Below are positions 12,482 to 26,574 of a stretch of 64,000 nucleotides of DNA, piece after piece; positions within the stretch are counted from its first letter, which is position 1, and each line of letters starts with the position of its first letter. The stretch is from Octopus sinensis. Its lineage: Eukaryota. Location: contig NC_043014.1 in NCBI RefSeq assembly GCF_006345805.1, positions 49,538,001 through 49,602,000 on the forward strand, given 5' to 3'. A program made the translations under genes and the position numbers. Below the pieces are notes generated by a model that was not told the DNA's origin, did not search any database, and saw nothing but the letters and a program-made list of their open reading frames with translations.

Positions 12482-12774
12482 GTAATGTCTCTAGCCACAT
12501 TATACATTTATCCATGCTACGTTATACGCTCTGTCAAGCCTCGTAGAGATTTGTGGCCGGGCTTTTTGCTATTTCATCTAAAATGCTTGCTTCATTAGGG
12601 GAGGTTTTCAAAATTCTTTAATTGTTATTTTTGTTTTTGTCGATTTGTGTTTAAGAATTGATGTTTTCTCGTTAATTGAATAATTTCCTGATGCACAATT
12701 AATGCTACTTTACACACACATACACCAAATACATTTATGCGTATATACGTATTGGCGATCTTTCTCCAGATCGC

Positions 12775-12808
<34 letters not shown>

Positions 12809-13003
12809 ATACTTATGAAAGATGCTTTCTACGTTTTAAGTTTATAGTAAAACCCCACTTAATCTATTAACCTCCGTTTTTGTAGTTTTTCACTGTAATC
12901 TAGTATTATAGAGGACAACATAGCGAGTATATATGTATGTATATGTGTGTGTGCATATATATATTTATATATATATATATGCACATATATATATATATAT
13001 ATG

Positions 13004-13044
<41 letters not shown>

Positions 13045-13619
13045 AGAGTTTACGAAAAAAACGAAAGACGAAGACAAGGTGGTGTACAAAACAAACAGAT
13101 GTATTAGTATAAAGCTCAGGAATAGAGCTTTTTACGTTTCGAGCCTACGCTCTTCTTCGGAAAGGGACACAGAAAAAACAAGGAGAGAATATATATATAT
13201 ACATACACACACGCATACGCGGATGAGCTTCTACCAAGTGGTTGCTAGTCCGACAGATAATAGCAGCCAAATTTCTTTATTCCACATACCCCCATCGTCC
13301 TAATCTGAGAAAGACCCATTGTAAAGTAACATTCCTTAGATACAATTAAAAACATGGACTGTCATGCATTTGACGATACTCGACACGGTTGACTTGGGGT
13401 TAAACAACACACACACACACACACGTGTGTGTGTTATTCGTTTACATAGTTTTTAATAGTCGTAAATTATGTCTAAATATATTGTTTGTTTATCAAAACC
13501 ATCACTCGAGATACGAACATCTTTCTAGACAGTAAAAAACATGTCCATGTTTGCGTGTATTATTATGCATGTAGTGCTGTATTTTTCCGTAACGTTTCCT
13601 TGATTTCGTGTAAAGAATC

Positions 13620-13655
<36 letters not shown>

Positions 13656-16600
13656 TCCTTGTATTGTTTGTCTTGTACTCTGTTTTTTCGTTGTTAAAAA
13701 AAGTTCGTTTCCATGTTTGTTTTTATGTTTTCGTTTCTCGTCGAGTTCTACGTCTAATTGTGGTGTCCTGTACTCATATATATTTATATGCATGTATATA
13801 CACATGTAGATGTAGGTACGTACATATATGTATGTATGCATATATTTTATTTATTAAATTATATATATATATATATATATATCCGTAATAATGAAGGGTG
13901 AAATTAATTAATTTGGAAAAATTATCAATTACACCAAGTAGTCTTCGGCATGTAAAAGCCTCATTCGAGGAAAATTTAAGTAATACTAAGCAATAAGGGT
14001 TTAGCAACGAGTTGCCTTACCACATACCGAATTTAGAAATAGCAGTCAAAGGGTTATAGCTATTTAGCTATAACCCTTTGACTGCTATTTCTAAATTCGG
14101 TATGTGGTAAGGCAACTCGTTGCTAAACCCTTATTGCTTAGTATATATATATATATATATATATAGTGTGTGTACACATATAGAGATCACCCAAAATCTT
14201 TTACAAGACTTGTGTTTGTCAAGTGAAGAGTCATTTTTTTTTATAAGAATATATTCACTCTACGTTATGTATTGAGTACTTCACCTTAAATTGCAGTTCT
14301 TGTATGTTTCTAAGTGGGAACATACAACGAATATAATTACTTCTCACACATTCGTTTTCCGTGCTCCTATCCATAAGTCGACGTATCTTCACATTCCGAG
14401 ACAGTTCTGACGCACGGCTTTATAGCCTCTCTCATATTATTCCCTGTGGCATGATTTCTGCTACTGGACACTCTTCTTAATACCAGCATCTTTATAGAGT
14501 TTTCTGAATACAGTTTATCATGGCCACTACTGGAGACTATGCCACCATCATTGTTTTAGTGTCCACTTTTGCATGCTTGTATGGGTCAGAGATTTCTGAG
14601 GCAAATTTTTCTGTGGTCTGATGCCCTTCCTGTTGCCAACCCTTACCTGTTTTCGAGCAAACCCTATGGCCAGACATGTTTCCATAGACTATTAGAATTC
14701 TTATAGTTATATGCGTGTATATATGTATGTATATATGTATTGGTGTGTGTGTGTGTTTGTTTCTCTTTGTCTTGACATGTAAGAGTTGTAATCCGATTGT
14801 CACCGTCATACAAGCTTACAAGCTGTGTCATTCATTTACACGATTCCAGGACGAGTAGACACATGTACACACACACACGTGTGTGTACATGTAGGTGTAT
14901 GTATATATATATAACAGGTTTCTTTTAATTTCCACCTGCCAATTCACTCAAAAGCTTTGGTGAACTGGGCTGTGGTAGAAGAAACTTGCCCAAGGTGCCA
15001 CACTGGGACTGAACCTGAACCTCTGTGGTTGGGGAGCAAACTTTCTTAACCACACAACTACACCTGCACCTAAACATGTCCTCAACAAAATTGAAAGGTC
15101 ATCTCAAACTCTACATTTTCTCCTTTTGTTCAACAACCACTTTACAGAGAATATTGGGTGTGTTTTATTAAGGTACTGGTACAAGTGCATTCACCTTGTA
15201 CCTGGTTGCATGCAATATTTGTGATGTGAAAAATGAGTCAAAAGTAGTGGGTAGGGGCACCTAGAAATAGTAGCCAAATCTCCCTCAAAATCACACACTA
15301 CTCATCTTCAAAAGGGAAGCAGACATCTATCCATACTTTTCTGTCTTCAGGGGTAAAAAAAAGGTGTTAGTGGAGGTCACATTTGGAATGTATTGTCCTA
15401 ATATATTACTTACTGAAGAAGAAGATTGGATGGTCATAGCTGGAATACCTTTCATTATAAGTCTGTTGGATCAGAGCTGACCTGGGGCTAAACACCCAAT
15501 GTTTAGCTGTATGGCAAGAACTTTGCCTCCCAGCCACATAGTTCCCGGTTCAGTTCCACTGTTTGGCACCTTGGGCAAGTGTCTTCTACTATAGACTTGG
15601 GTTGACCAAATGTTTGAGTGGATTTGGTAGGTGGAAACTGAAAGAAGCCCATCGTATGTGTGTATGTCTGTCTGTCTGTCTCCCACCACCACTTGACAAC
15701 TGGTGCTGGTTTGTTTACATCCTCATGACTTAGCAGTTCAGCAAAATGGTCTGCTAGAATAAGTGCCAGGCTTAAAGAAATAAGTCCTGGGGGGTCAATT
15801 CATTTGACTAGAAATTCTTCAGGGCGGTGCTCCAGCATGGCCACAGTATAATAACTGAAACGAGTAAAAGATAAAGGACAAAAATCCTTACTAAATGCTG
15901 TCTTTAAAGAAGAATGCAAGCAATGTTTGGTATTTGTATTCGGCAGACAGAAGCCAGGTTGGTAATTGGGGTGACTATCTGTTAAATGGTGTTATTATTA
16001 TGAAACCTCTGTGTGGTTGGTCAGCCTGCAGAAATAGCAGCCAAATCACCTTCAAATTTCACCCTACTTACTATTTTAACCCTTTTGTTACTAACCCGGC
16101 CAAAACCGGCTCTGGCTCTGTGGTAAAATGTCTTGTTTTCATAAGTTTTGAATTAAAATCTTCCACCAAACCTTAGTCACAATTTATGTTCCTAACACTA
16201 GCTGAATGATAACTAAGTTATTTTACTAAATTCCTTGTTATATTTAAAGTAATTGAAAGAAACACAGAGCATCTCAACAGAAATACAGTAATGAAAGGGT
16301 TAAAATATATAATAGAGAAACAATTCTTAACCCTTTTAATACCAACCCAGCTGAAACCACTTCTGGCTCTGTAGTACAAATGTCTTGTTTTCATAAGTTT
16401 TTAATTAAAATCTTCCACCAAACCTAAGTCACAATTTATATTCCTAACACTAGCTTAATGATAACCAAGTTATTTTACTAAATTCTTTATTATATTTAAA
16501 GTAACTGAAAGAAACACAGAGCATCTCAAAATAAATACAGTAAGGAAAGGGTTAATACTAGAAATAACAAGGGTCATTTGTGATCCCTTTCAATGATTAA

Positions 16601-19600
16601 ACTCTTTTTCAGTAGCATGAAGCTTGTGAAAATTAGGATGTTGCACTTCTATAAGTTTTCAATGAAAGACTGTGTCCGAAATGCTATGCCTTTACTCTTT
16701 AACTTTTTTTTCCTTCTCCGAACATCAAACTAATAATATTTATTTCTTTATTGCCCACAAGGGGCTAAACATAGAGGGGACAAACAAGGACAGACAAAGG
16801 GATTAAGTCAATTACATTGACCCCAGTGCGTAACTTGTACTTATTTAATCGACCCCGAAAGGATGAAAAGCAAAGTCAACCTCGGCGGAATTTGAACTCA
16901 GAACGTAGCGGCAGACGAAATACCTATTTCTTTACTACCCACAAGGGGCTAAACACAGAGAGGACAAACAAGAACAGACAAAGGGAGTAAGTCGATTACA
17001 TCGACCCCAGTGCGTAACTGGTACTTATTTAATCGACCCCGAAAGGATGAAAGGCAAAGTCGACCTTGGCGGAATTTGAACTCAGGACATAGCAGCAGAC
17101 GAAATACCTATTTCTTTACTACCCACAAGGGGCTAAACACAGAGAGGACAGACAAAGGGATTAAGTCGATTACATCGACCCCAGTGCGTAACTGGTACTT
17201 ATTTAATCGACCCCGAAAGGATGAAAGGCAAAGTCGACCTTGGCGGAATTTGAACTCAGAACGTAGTGGCAGACGAAAATGCTGCTAAGTATTTCGCCCG
17301 GCAGGCAAACGCTTCTGCCAGTTCGTTGCCTTGATTCAAACTAATAATATTTATTGTGATCACCTCTTGGGCTTTTGCTATTTGCATTTGCTTTGCTTTA
17401 TGTGTATATATGTGTATGTGTGTGCTCAACACTGCATTTGGTGGATAAATATTTTTTATGGATTTATAATGCTACCAATGGTTTCAAGTGACTCACTTGA
17501 AAATTGTGGAGATTTTTTCCAAATGAAACTGTTGGTAGTATTAGTCATCCACGAATAAAGACTGTATATACAGGAGGGGGGAGAAGGGGAAGTTTCTGTT
17601 ACTATTTAATTATATATTTCTTTATTGCCCACAAGGGGCTAAACATAGAGGGGACAAACAAGGACAGACAAAGGGATTAAGTCGATTACATCGCCCCCAG
17701 TGCGAAACTGGTACTTTATTTATCAACCCCGAAAGGATGAACGGCAAAGTCGACCTCAGCAGAATTTGAACTCGGAACATAATGACAGACGAAATACCGC
17801 TAAGCATTTCGCCCGGTGTGCCAACGTTTCACCCAGCTCGCCGCCTTATTAATAAGGCTACCAATGGTTTCAAGTGACTCACTTGAAAATTGTGGAGATT
17901 TTTCCAAATGAAACTGTTGGTAGTATTATTGATCCACAAATAAAGACTGTATATATGGTGGGGGAGAAGGGGAAGTTTCTGTTACTATTTAATTATAATA
18001 ATCATGATGATTGATGAACTTGACACAAAATGTTTCTCTTTTTATTTCTTCTTTTTCTCCTTGTCTTCCTTTCAGTACCCCACCTGTTCCATGTGCAGTG
18101 GGTTCTATAGCAATAACTTTGGACAGCCTATATGTGGAACATGCCATTTATTCTTGTTCTCTTATGACATCAACAAAGATGAGGACGAACAACAAGTCTA
18201 CACAGAAGTAAGTAGAAATTCTCTCTATTTCTTGGAGGGGGCCACTGTAGAGGAAGGGGGCGGAGTCCTCAAGAAATCAAGTCCAAAACGTTATTTCAAC
18301 CCCTGTTTTTGGTAGGGGTTTTTTATGGCTGTGCGAGAGGTGGAAAGAAAGATTCTGAACCTTTACATGACCTCTGATACAGGTGTTGGGGGTGAAGCAG
18401 CTTATCAAAGAAAAACTGCTGAGATACTTTCAGGTCAGACATCTGGCCTGAATTCTTGCAAGAATGGACATGGTCAAAACCACCCAACCGACATCCTTCC
18501 ATCATCATCATCTCTTTTCTGTACTTGCTTAGGTCGGACAGAGTTTCATTGAAGTATAAGAAATGACTGGATCTCCTTCTTGCTGTTGACCCTCATCTCT
18601 TTCCAAGCAAGAGAATATTTCCCCATGTTTGTGCAGAATATTGGAAATTAATGTGGCTTTAATGACAGACAATCATTTACAACTGTCATGTGATGTCAAG
18701 ACAAGGTACACAAACATACACACACACACACATACACATTATATATATATGAGCACCATCCGAGCGTGATTATTGCCAGAGCAGCTAACTGGCTTCCGTG
18801 CCGGTGGCATGTAAAAAGCACCATTCGAGTGTGATCGTTACCAACGTTGCCTTAATGGCACTTGTGCCGGTGGCACGTGAAAAATCATTTGAACGAGGTC
18901 ATTGCCAGTGCCGCTGGACTGGCTCCTGTGCAAGTGGCACGTAAAAAACATCATTTGAGCGTGGCCGTTGCCAGTACCACCAGGCTGGCCCTCGTGCAGG
19001 CGGTACGAAAAAGCACCCACTACACTCTCGGAGTGGTTGGCGTTAGGAAGGGCATCCAGCTGTAGAAACTCTGCCAGATCAGATTGGAGCCTGGTGCAGC
19101 CATCTTGTTTGCCAGTCCTCAGTCAAATCATCCAATCCATGCTAGCATGGAAAGCAGACGTTAAAGGATGATGATGATGATATATATGGTAGGCTTCTTT
19201 TCAGTTTTTGTCTACCAAATCCACTCACAAGGCTTTGGTTGGCCCTGGGTTGTAGTAGAAGGCATTCATCCCAGGTGCATGTGATGAGACTGAACCTTTA
19301 ACAATAATTCTTTTATAAATTTTTTCAGTGATTTTTTTTTTTTTTCCGTTTTTTCTCCACTTCCAGAAAGCCGATTCAGATGATTCTGGCAATGAGGAAC
19401 CAGATGCCGCAGCTGATTTCTACACTCAGAAAGATAAAAGAACTCACGTAGTGAAATCCCATTCTCACAAAATGGACAAACTAACCGAAAGGATTACTTC
19501 TCTAACTATTGCTCGGGACACTGACAAAGAATCTATTCCTGAAGGTCTTGTAGACTCTCTGCCACCCGAAGGTACCAAAATTCTTAACCCTTTACCATTC

Positions 19601-21850
19601 AGTGATTTCTCCATCATCTCTCTTAACCCTTTTGATACCAACATGCCCTGAACTACTCTTAGTTTCATGTTACAAAATTCATGTTTTAAAATTATCTAAA
19701 TTAAAACCTCCCATCAAAATTTAATGTTAGGTCATCTTCCAAACTCCAGCTTTATAATGAGAAAAGAATTTTTACTGACAAGTAAACAAGAAGTAATAAT
19801 AATTCTATCCCCCTAGCATTGCATGACAACCGATGCTGGTGTGTTGACGTCCCCGTCACTTAGCGGTTCGGCAAAAGAGACTGATAGAATAAGTACTGGG
19901 CTTACAAAGAATAAGTCCCAGGGTTGAGTTGCTCGACTAAAGGCGGTGCTCCAGCATGGCCGCAGTCAAATGACTGAAACAAGTAAAAGAGAAAGAGAAA
20001 AGAGAATCAAATAAATTAGTGCATGTGTTTATTGGCAAAATGTGAAGCTTACAATCGTGAGGCTGTGAGTTCGATTCCCAGACCAAGCTGCATGCTGTGT
20101 TCTTGAGCCAGACACTTTATTTCACATTGCTCCAGTTCACTCAGCTGTAAAAATGAGTTGTGATGTCACTGGTGTCGAGCTGCATCAGCCTTTGCCTTTC
20201 CCTCAGATAATATCAGTGGCCCTCATGCTGGTGGCACCCACTACACTCACGGAGTGGTTGGCGTTAGGAAGGACATCCAGCTGTAGAAACTTTGCCAGAT
20301 CAGATTGGAGCCTGGTACAGCCTTCAAGCTTGCCAACCCATGCCAGCATGGAAAGCAGACGTTAAACGACAATGATGATGATAATGATGATAGACAAATA
20401 GATGTAAATCTCTCTTCTTGAGACAGCATTCACCTGGGGTAGGTTGAGCTGGCTTCATTCACCCTCAATGCTGCATCTCTTACAAACGCCAACCAGGCCT
20501 GGCGATTTGAGGCTAATGACCACATGATCTCCAACCACTCCTTATTCCAGCGGCGAACGCCATAGATATGGGGCCTAGATTGGGTTCCAGATCAGCCTTG
20601 ACTGTCATCAGTCAGGTTTTTCATTGTCCACCACATTGCTTTTGCCAACGGGGCAACTGCTTCGTAGATGAATTCTCTTGGCTGATGATGGAGGGCATGA
20701 CCCAGCCAACGCAGACGTCTCATTAGGATGACTTGTCGGAGGGAGGTGATTCTGCACTGGTGTCGCACCGAATTCATCATCATCATCATCGTTTAACGTC
20801 CGTTCTCCATGCTAGCATGGGTGACAAAGTGATGCCATCGGACACAAAGGATGCAGCGTAGACAGAGGTGATCGAAGGATTCTAGTCGCTTAATATCTTC
20901 CACCCTCATCGGCCATGACTCGCTGCCATAAAGGAGAATCGTTTGCACTAGATATAAATACATCACTATTACTACTAAGTTTCATCTCTCTCATCTCTAC
21001 TCACCATTATTAGTAGTTTCTTCTATATCGTTTCTATTTACCTACTATTACCGGTAGCTTCCCCCGTCTCTCATTTATTTATCTATTCCTCTTTACACAG
21101 TATTACTGGTAGTTTTCCGTCACCTTGACGATATCTCACGATGGATGGCCGGCAATGTATGTTCGAGATGGTGGCAGATCCTCGATGCCGAAACTACACA
21201 AACCCAGTGGAAACATTTCATCAGCCTCCGTTGGCCTCTTTTCCGACCGTATTACAAAGTGAAGTGTTGGAAAACGATATATTCAAAACTGTGAGTATTC
21301 TTGAAATCAATACAAATCTTGTCATTTTATTTAATGTTTTACCAAAACCTCTCTGTTGTGGAACCTGATGCCTGAAGATATGTTATACACAGGGGAGTTG
21401 GTTTCAGTGACTAGATGTGACTTCAAGGTCTGTTGTTCCAGTGATCATATGTTCTTACCATACAGCACACAGTGGTATGTTGTGATAAGAAGCAGCGAGC
21501 TGGCAACTCCTCATATCTTCTGTGTGTATATATAATATATATAATAAAATTATTGTATACAGTGCTCATGTGCACCACAATTTGTCAGAAAGTGCGTATA
21601 AAGCATTTGCAGTAATGTACAAATGTCTGGAAAGCGAACAATGTATGAGTCAGATACATGCTTGTGTGTGTATGGAGGGGAGAAAATCAGGCGAATCTCA
21701 GGAAGCATGGAAGTTTTGAAGGATGCAGTGCTCCGACAACTAACAACTGATGCCGGCAGTTTGTTCCATGCTTCAGCAACTCTCAGCATGAAAAAATGTT
21801 TCCTAAAGTCATGGGAGCTGTGCTGTTTTCTGACTTTGTAAATATGTATG

Positions 21851-21889
<39 letters not shown>

Positions 21890-24800
21890 TAAGATAGATA
21901 TGTAGACAGACAGACGCACACTTTCTGTTTCTATCTTCTAGACTGACTCACATGGTTTTGGTAGGCCCAGGGCTATAGTAGAAAACAATTTTCTAAAGTA
22001 CCATGCTGGAACTATGTGGTTGAGAAGTAATCTTGCCACACAGCCAAGCAGATCATCTTCATTTAGTTTCTGCTTTCCATGCTGGCATGGGTTGGACAGT
22101 TTGTCTACAACTGGTAAGCTGGAGAGCTGGACCAGGTTCCAGTCTGGTTTTGGTTTGGTTTCTACAGCTGGATGCCCTTCCTAACACCAACCACTCCAAG
22201 AGTGTAGTGGGTGCCTTTTATGTGTCACCGACACAGGTGCTTTTATGTGTCACCAGCTCTGGTGCCTTTATGTCACTGGCACCATCCACAACTACGATCT
22301 CACTTGGCTTAATGAATCTTCTCAAGCACAGCAAATCGCCACGCATGATATAGTGTTGGGCCCACGACCATATGGTCTTGAGTTTGATTCCTGGATCAGG
22401 TAGCATATTATGTCCTTAAAAGAAGGCGCTTCATTTCAACTTTGCCTGGTCAGCTGAAAATTAATATTTATTTCTATTTCTTTACTGCCCACAAGGGGCT
22501 AAACACAGAGAGGACAAACAAGGACAGACAAAGTTATTAAGTCAATTACATCGACACCAGTGCGTATCTGGTACTTAATTTATCGACCCTGAAAAGATGG
22601 ACGGCAAAGTCGAACTCGACGGAATTTGAACTCAGAACGTAACGGCAGACGAAATATGGCTAAGCGTTTCGCCCGGCATGCAAACGATTCTGCTACGATT
22701 CTGCTAGCTCGCCGCCTTTGAAACTTAATACCAGCCTGTGTTGGTGTAGCCCTCTCTTTCCCTCCAACATGCTTGGTGTTCCACTGAAACATACATCAAG
22801 GGATGGGAGGACCAAGGGACAGTCTGTGTCTTCTCACATCTACATCATCATCATCATCATCATCGTTTAACGACCGCTTTCCATGCTAGCATGGGTTGGA
22901 CGATTTGACTGAAGGCTGGCAACCAGATGGCTGCATCAGGCTTCAATCTTGATCTGGCAGAGTTTCTACAGCTGGATGCCCTTCCAAACACCAACCTTCT
23001 CTGAGAGTGTAGTGGGTGCTTTTTACATGCCACCGGCACGGGGCCAGTCAGGCGGTACTGGCAACAACCTGGCTCGAATCTTTTACACATGCCACCGACA
23101 CAGGTGCCAGTAAGGCGATGCTGGTAATGAACACACTCAATGGTGCCTTTCATGTGCCACTGGCACGGAAGCCGGTTAGCCACTCTAGGTACCTAAAACA
23201 ATTAAGAAAAGCATCATCATCATCGTTTAACGTCCGCTTTCCATGCTAGCATGGGTTGGACGGTTCAACTGGGGTCTGGGAAGCCAGAAGGCTGCATCAG
23301 GCCCAGTCTGATCTGGCAATGTTTCTACGGCTGGATGCCTTTCCTAACGCCAACCACTCCATGAGTGTAGTGGGTGCTTTTTACGTGCCACCGGCACAGG
23401 TGCCAGACAGAGCTGGCAGACGGCCACGGACGGATGGTGCTTTTTACGTGCCACCGGCACAGGGGCCAGGCGAGGCTGGCAACGGCCACGAACGGATGGT
23501 GCTTTTTACATGCCACCAGCACAAACCACAAATCACAAACCACAAAGTCAGACATGCTTGTGAATGATGGCTGTGGTTCTTTGGTATGTGTCTGTGTGTC
23601 ATTGGATAAATATGTACCAGAATGTATTTTCGTTTAGCTTAGTCATCTTGGTTTATCATTTTTCTCCTTTGCAGACTAGAGAGTTCACCATGCCGTTATT
23701 GTTTGGAAAGTATGATGCTTCAGGTAACCGAAACTCCTTGTTTTATATATTTATTTATTTTATTTTTTATTTCATTTTTCTGTTACGTTGCCAAGAAATT
23801 TGGCACAGTTCCCTAATGATGTTTAACCCTTTCGTTACCAACCCAGCTGAAACCAGCTCTGGCTCTGTAGTACAAATGTCTTGTTTTCATAAGTTTTGAA
23901 TTAAAATCTTCCACCAAACCTTAGTCACAATTTATGTTCCTAACACTAGCTGAATGATAACTAAGTTATTTTACTAAATTCTTTGTTATATTTAAAGTAA
24001 TTGAAAGAAACACAGAGCATCTCAAAATAAATACAGTAACGAAAGGGTTAAAGTTGTCTCCCCCACTCACACCCCACACTTGTGAGATAATGTGCTTGAT
24101 CTTCAGTTTGGATATGGGTGAGGAAGGGTTAAGGTTAGAGTTTAGCAATGACATACTTGAGCATACTGCTGAGTATGAAGGCTCATGGCTCAGTGGTTAG
24201 AGTATCAGGCTCACAATCATGAGGTAGTGAGTTCGATTCCTGGACCGGGCTTTGTGTTTTGTTCTTGAGCAAGACACTTTATTTCACACTGCTCCAGTTC
24301 ACTCATCTGTAGAAATGAGTTGTGACATCACTGGTGCCAAGCTGTATATCAGCCTTTGCCTTTCCCTTGGATAACATCGGTGGTGTGCAGAGGGGAGGCT
24401 GGTATGTATAGACAGTTGCTGGTCTTCCATAAACAAACTTGCTTGGACTTGTACTTCAGAGAGGAACTTTCTAGGTGAAATCCTATGGTCATTTATAACC
24501 AAAGGGGGTTTTTACCCTTTACCCTGAGAAATAAGACTCAACATAGGGAACAAGATGGGAAAGACAAAGCCTGAGTGTTTGAAGAGCATTTAGATAATTA
24601 ACGAAGAGGAGCTTTCCATGCTAGCATGGGTTGGACGGTTTGACTGAGGACTGGCGAACCAGATGGCTGCATCAGGCTCCAGTCTTGATCTGACAGAGTT
24701 TCTACAGATGGATGCCCTTCCTAACAACAACCACTCCGAGAGTGTAGTATTGGATGTTTTACGTTCTGAGTTCAAATTCCGCCGAGGTCGACTTTGCCTT

Positions 24801-25516
24801 TCATCCCCTCGGGGTCGATGTAATCGACTTAATCCCTTTGTCCTTGTTTGTCCCCTCTATGTTTAACCCCTTGTGGGTAGTAAAGAAATATATAATAATA
24901 ATGAAATTATTGTATACAGTGCTCAGGTGCACCACAACTTGTCAGAAAGTGCGTATAAAGCATATGCAGTAATGTACAAATGTCTGGGAAGTGAACAGTG
25001 TATGAGTCAGATACATGGCTTGCGTGTGTATGGAGGGGAGAAAATCAGGTTTAGTGTTGGTGAATCTCAGAAAGCATGGAAGTTTTGAAGGATGCAGTGC
25101 TCCGACAACTAACAACTGATGCCGGCAGTTTGTTCCATACTTCAGCAACTCTAGCGTTTAACATCCCTTTGAAGGAATTAGGTCCTTATTTCTACTATAT
25201 ATATATATATCACCATGACCAATGACCAACCAGACTATCAGATGTTGCTACACATCGCTGGTCACAATGCGCTTCGCATTGTTTTAGCTTTCAAATGATG
25301 CCACCCCACTGGCTAAGCGAGCAGGCCAACAGAAGAAAGAGTGAGAGAAAGTTGTGGCGAAGGAGTACAGCAGGGATCGCCACGAGCCCCTGCCGGAGCC
25401 TTGTGGAGCTTTAGGTGTTTTCGCTCAATAAACACTCGCAACGCCCGGTCTGGGAATCAAAACCACGATCCTACGACCATGAGTCTGCTGCCCTAACCAC
25501 TGGGCCATTACACCTC

Positions 25517-25553
<37 letters not shown>

Positions 25554-25749
25554 TATAGAAGGAGCTTCTACAGGACTAGAACTGTTTCATTCAGATGAAA
25601 TCTTCAGGAAGCTTCAGGGCTTCCTGAAGATTTCATCTGAATGAAACAGTTCTAGTCCTGTAGAAGCTCCTTCTATAAAATAAATTACTTTACTCTGCTA
25701 TGTATTGAGTACCTTATTTACTGTGGTTAACCCGACTCAACCCGGGACC

Positions 25750-25792
<43 letters not shown>

Positions 25793-26505
25793 ACAATTGA
25801 GGGTAAAATTAATTAATTAATCAATTTCACCAAGTGTTCAGTATGTAAAAGGACCTATTTAAGGCAAATTCAAAATATTACATTATATAATTATATAATG
25901 TAATATATAAATATATATATACACACATACACAACAGGCTTCAATACAGTTTATTGAATTTCATTTATGAGCCATTAGTAGACCCAAGGCAATAGTAAAA
26001 AACACACATACAAAGTACTGCACAGTGGGATGGAACCTGCTACTATATTGTTGCAAACTTCTTAACCAGCCAGCCTGCCATGCTTGTGTCTATAAGACAT
26101 TATAACGTTTAGTTTTTGTTTGTACCTGGCAGGTTTCTAAACCAGCATGGTCCATATGTAACACAGTAAGTACCTCTGTTAGCTTCCATGCTTTCTTACA
26201 TAACACATGCTAACCAGTTACCTGACATGTGTTTCTAAACTGCTCAGTTTTCAAATTGCTATTATTGACTTTGGGGTTTTCTTTTTTTGTCTTTGCTAAT
26301 TAATGATTCGCTAATTTTGTTCCAGTCATTTGACTGCGGCCATGCTGGAGCACCACCTTTAATCGAGCAACTCGACCCCGGGACTTATTCTTTTTGTAAG
26401 CCCAGTACTTATTCTATCGGTCTCTTTTGCCGAACCGCTAAGTAACGGGGACATAAACACACCAGCATCAGTTGTCAAGCAATGCTAGGGGGACAAACAC
26501 ACACA

Positions 26506-26574
<69 letters not shown>

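Noticed and set aside
21141-21368. ORF-track peptide [10 protein letters not shown]...
   Set aside because: Off-frame reading of the Morgue F-box exon.
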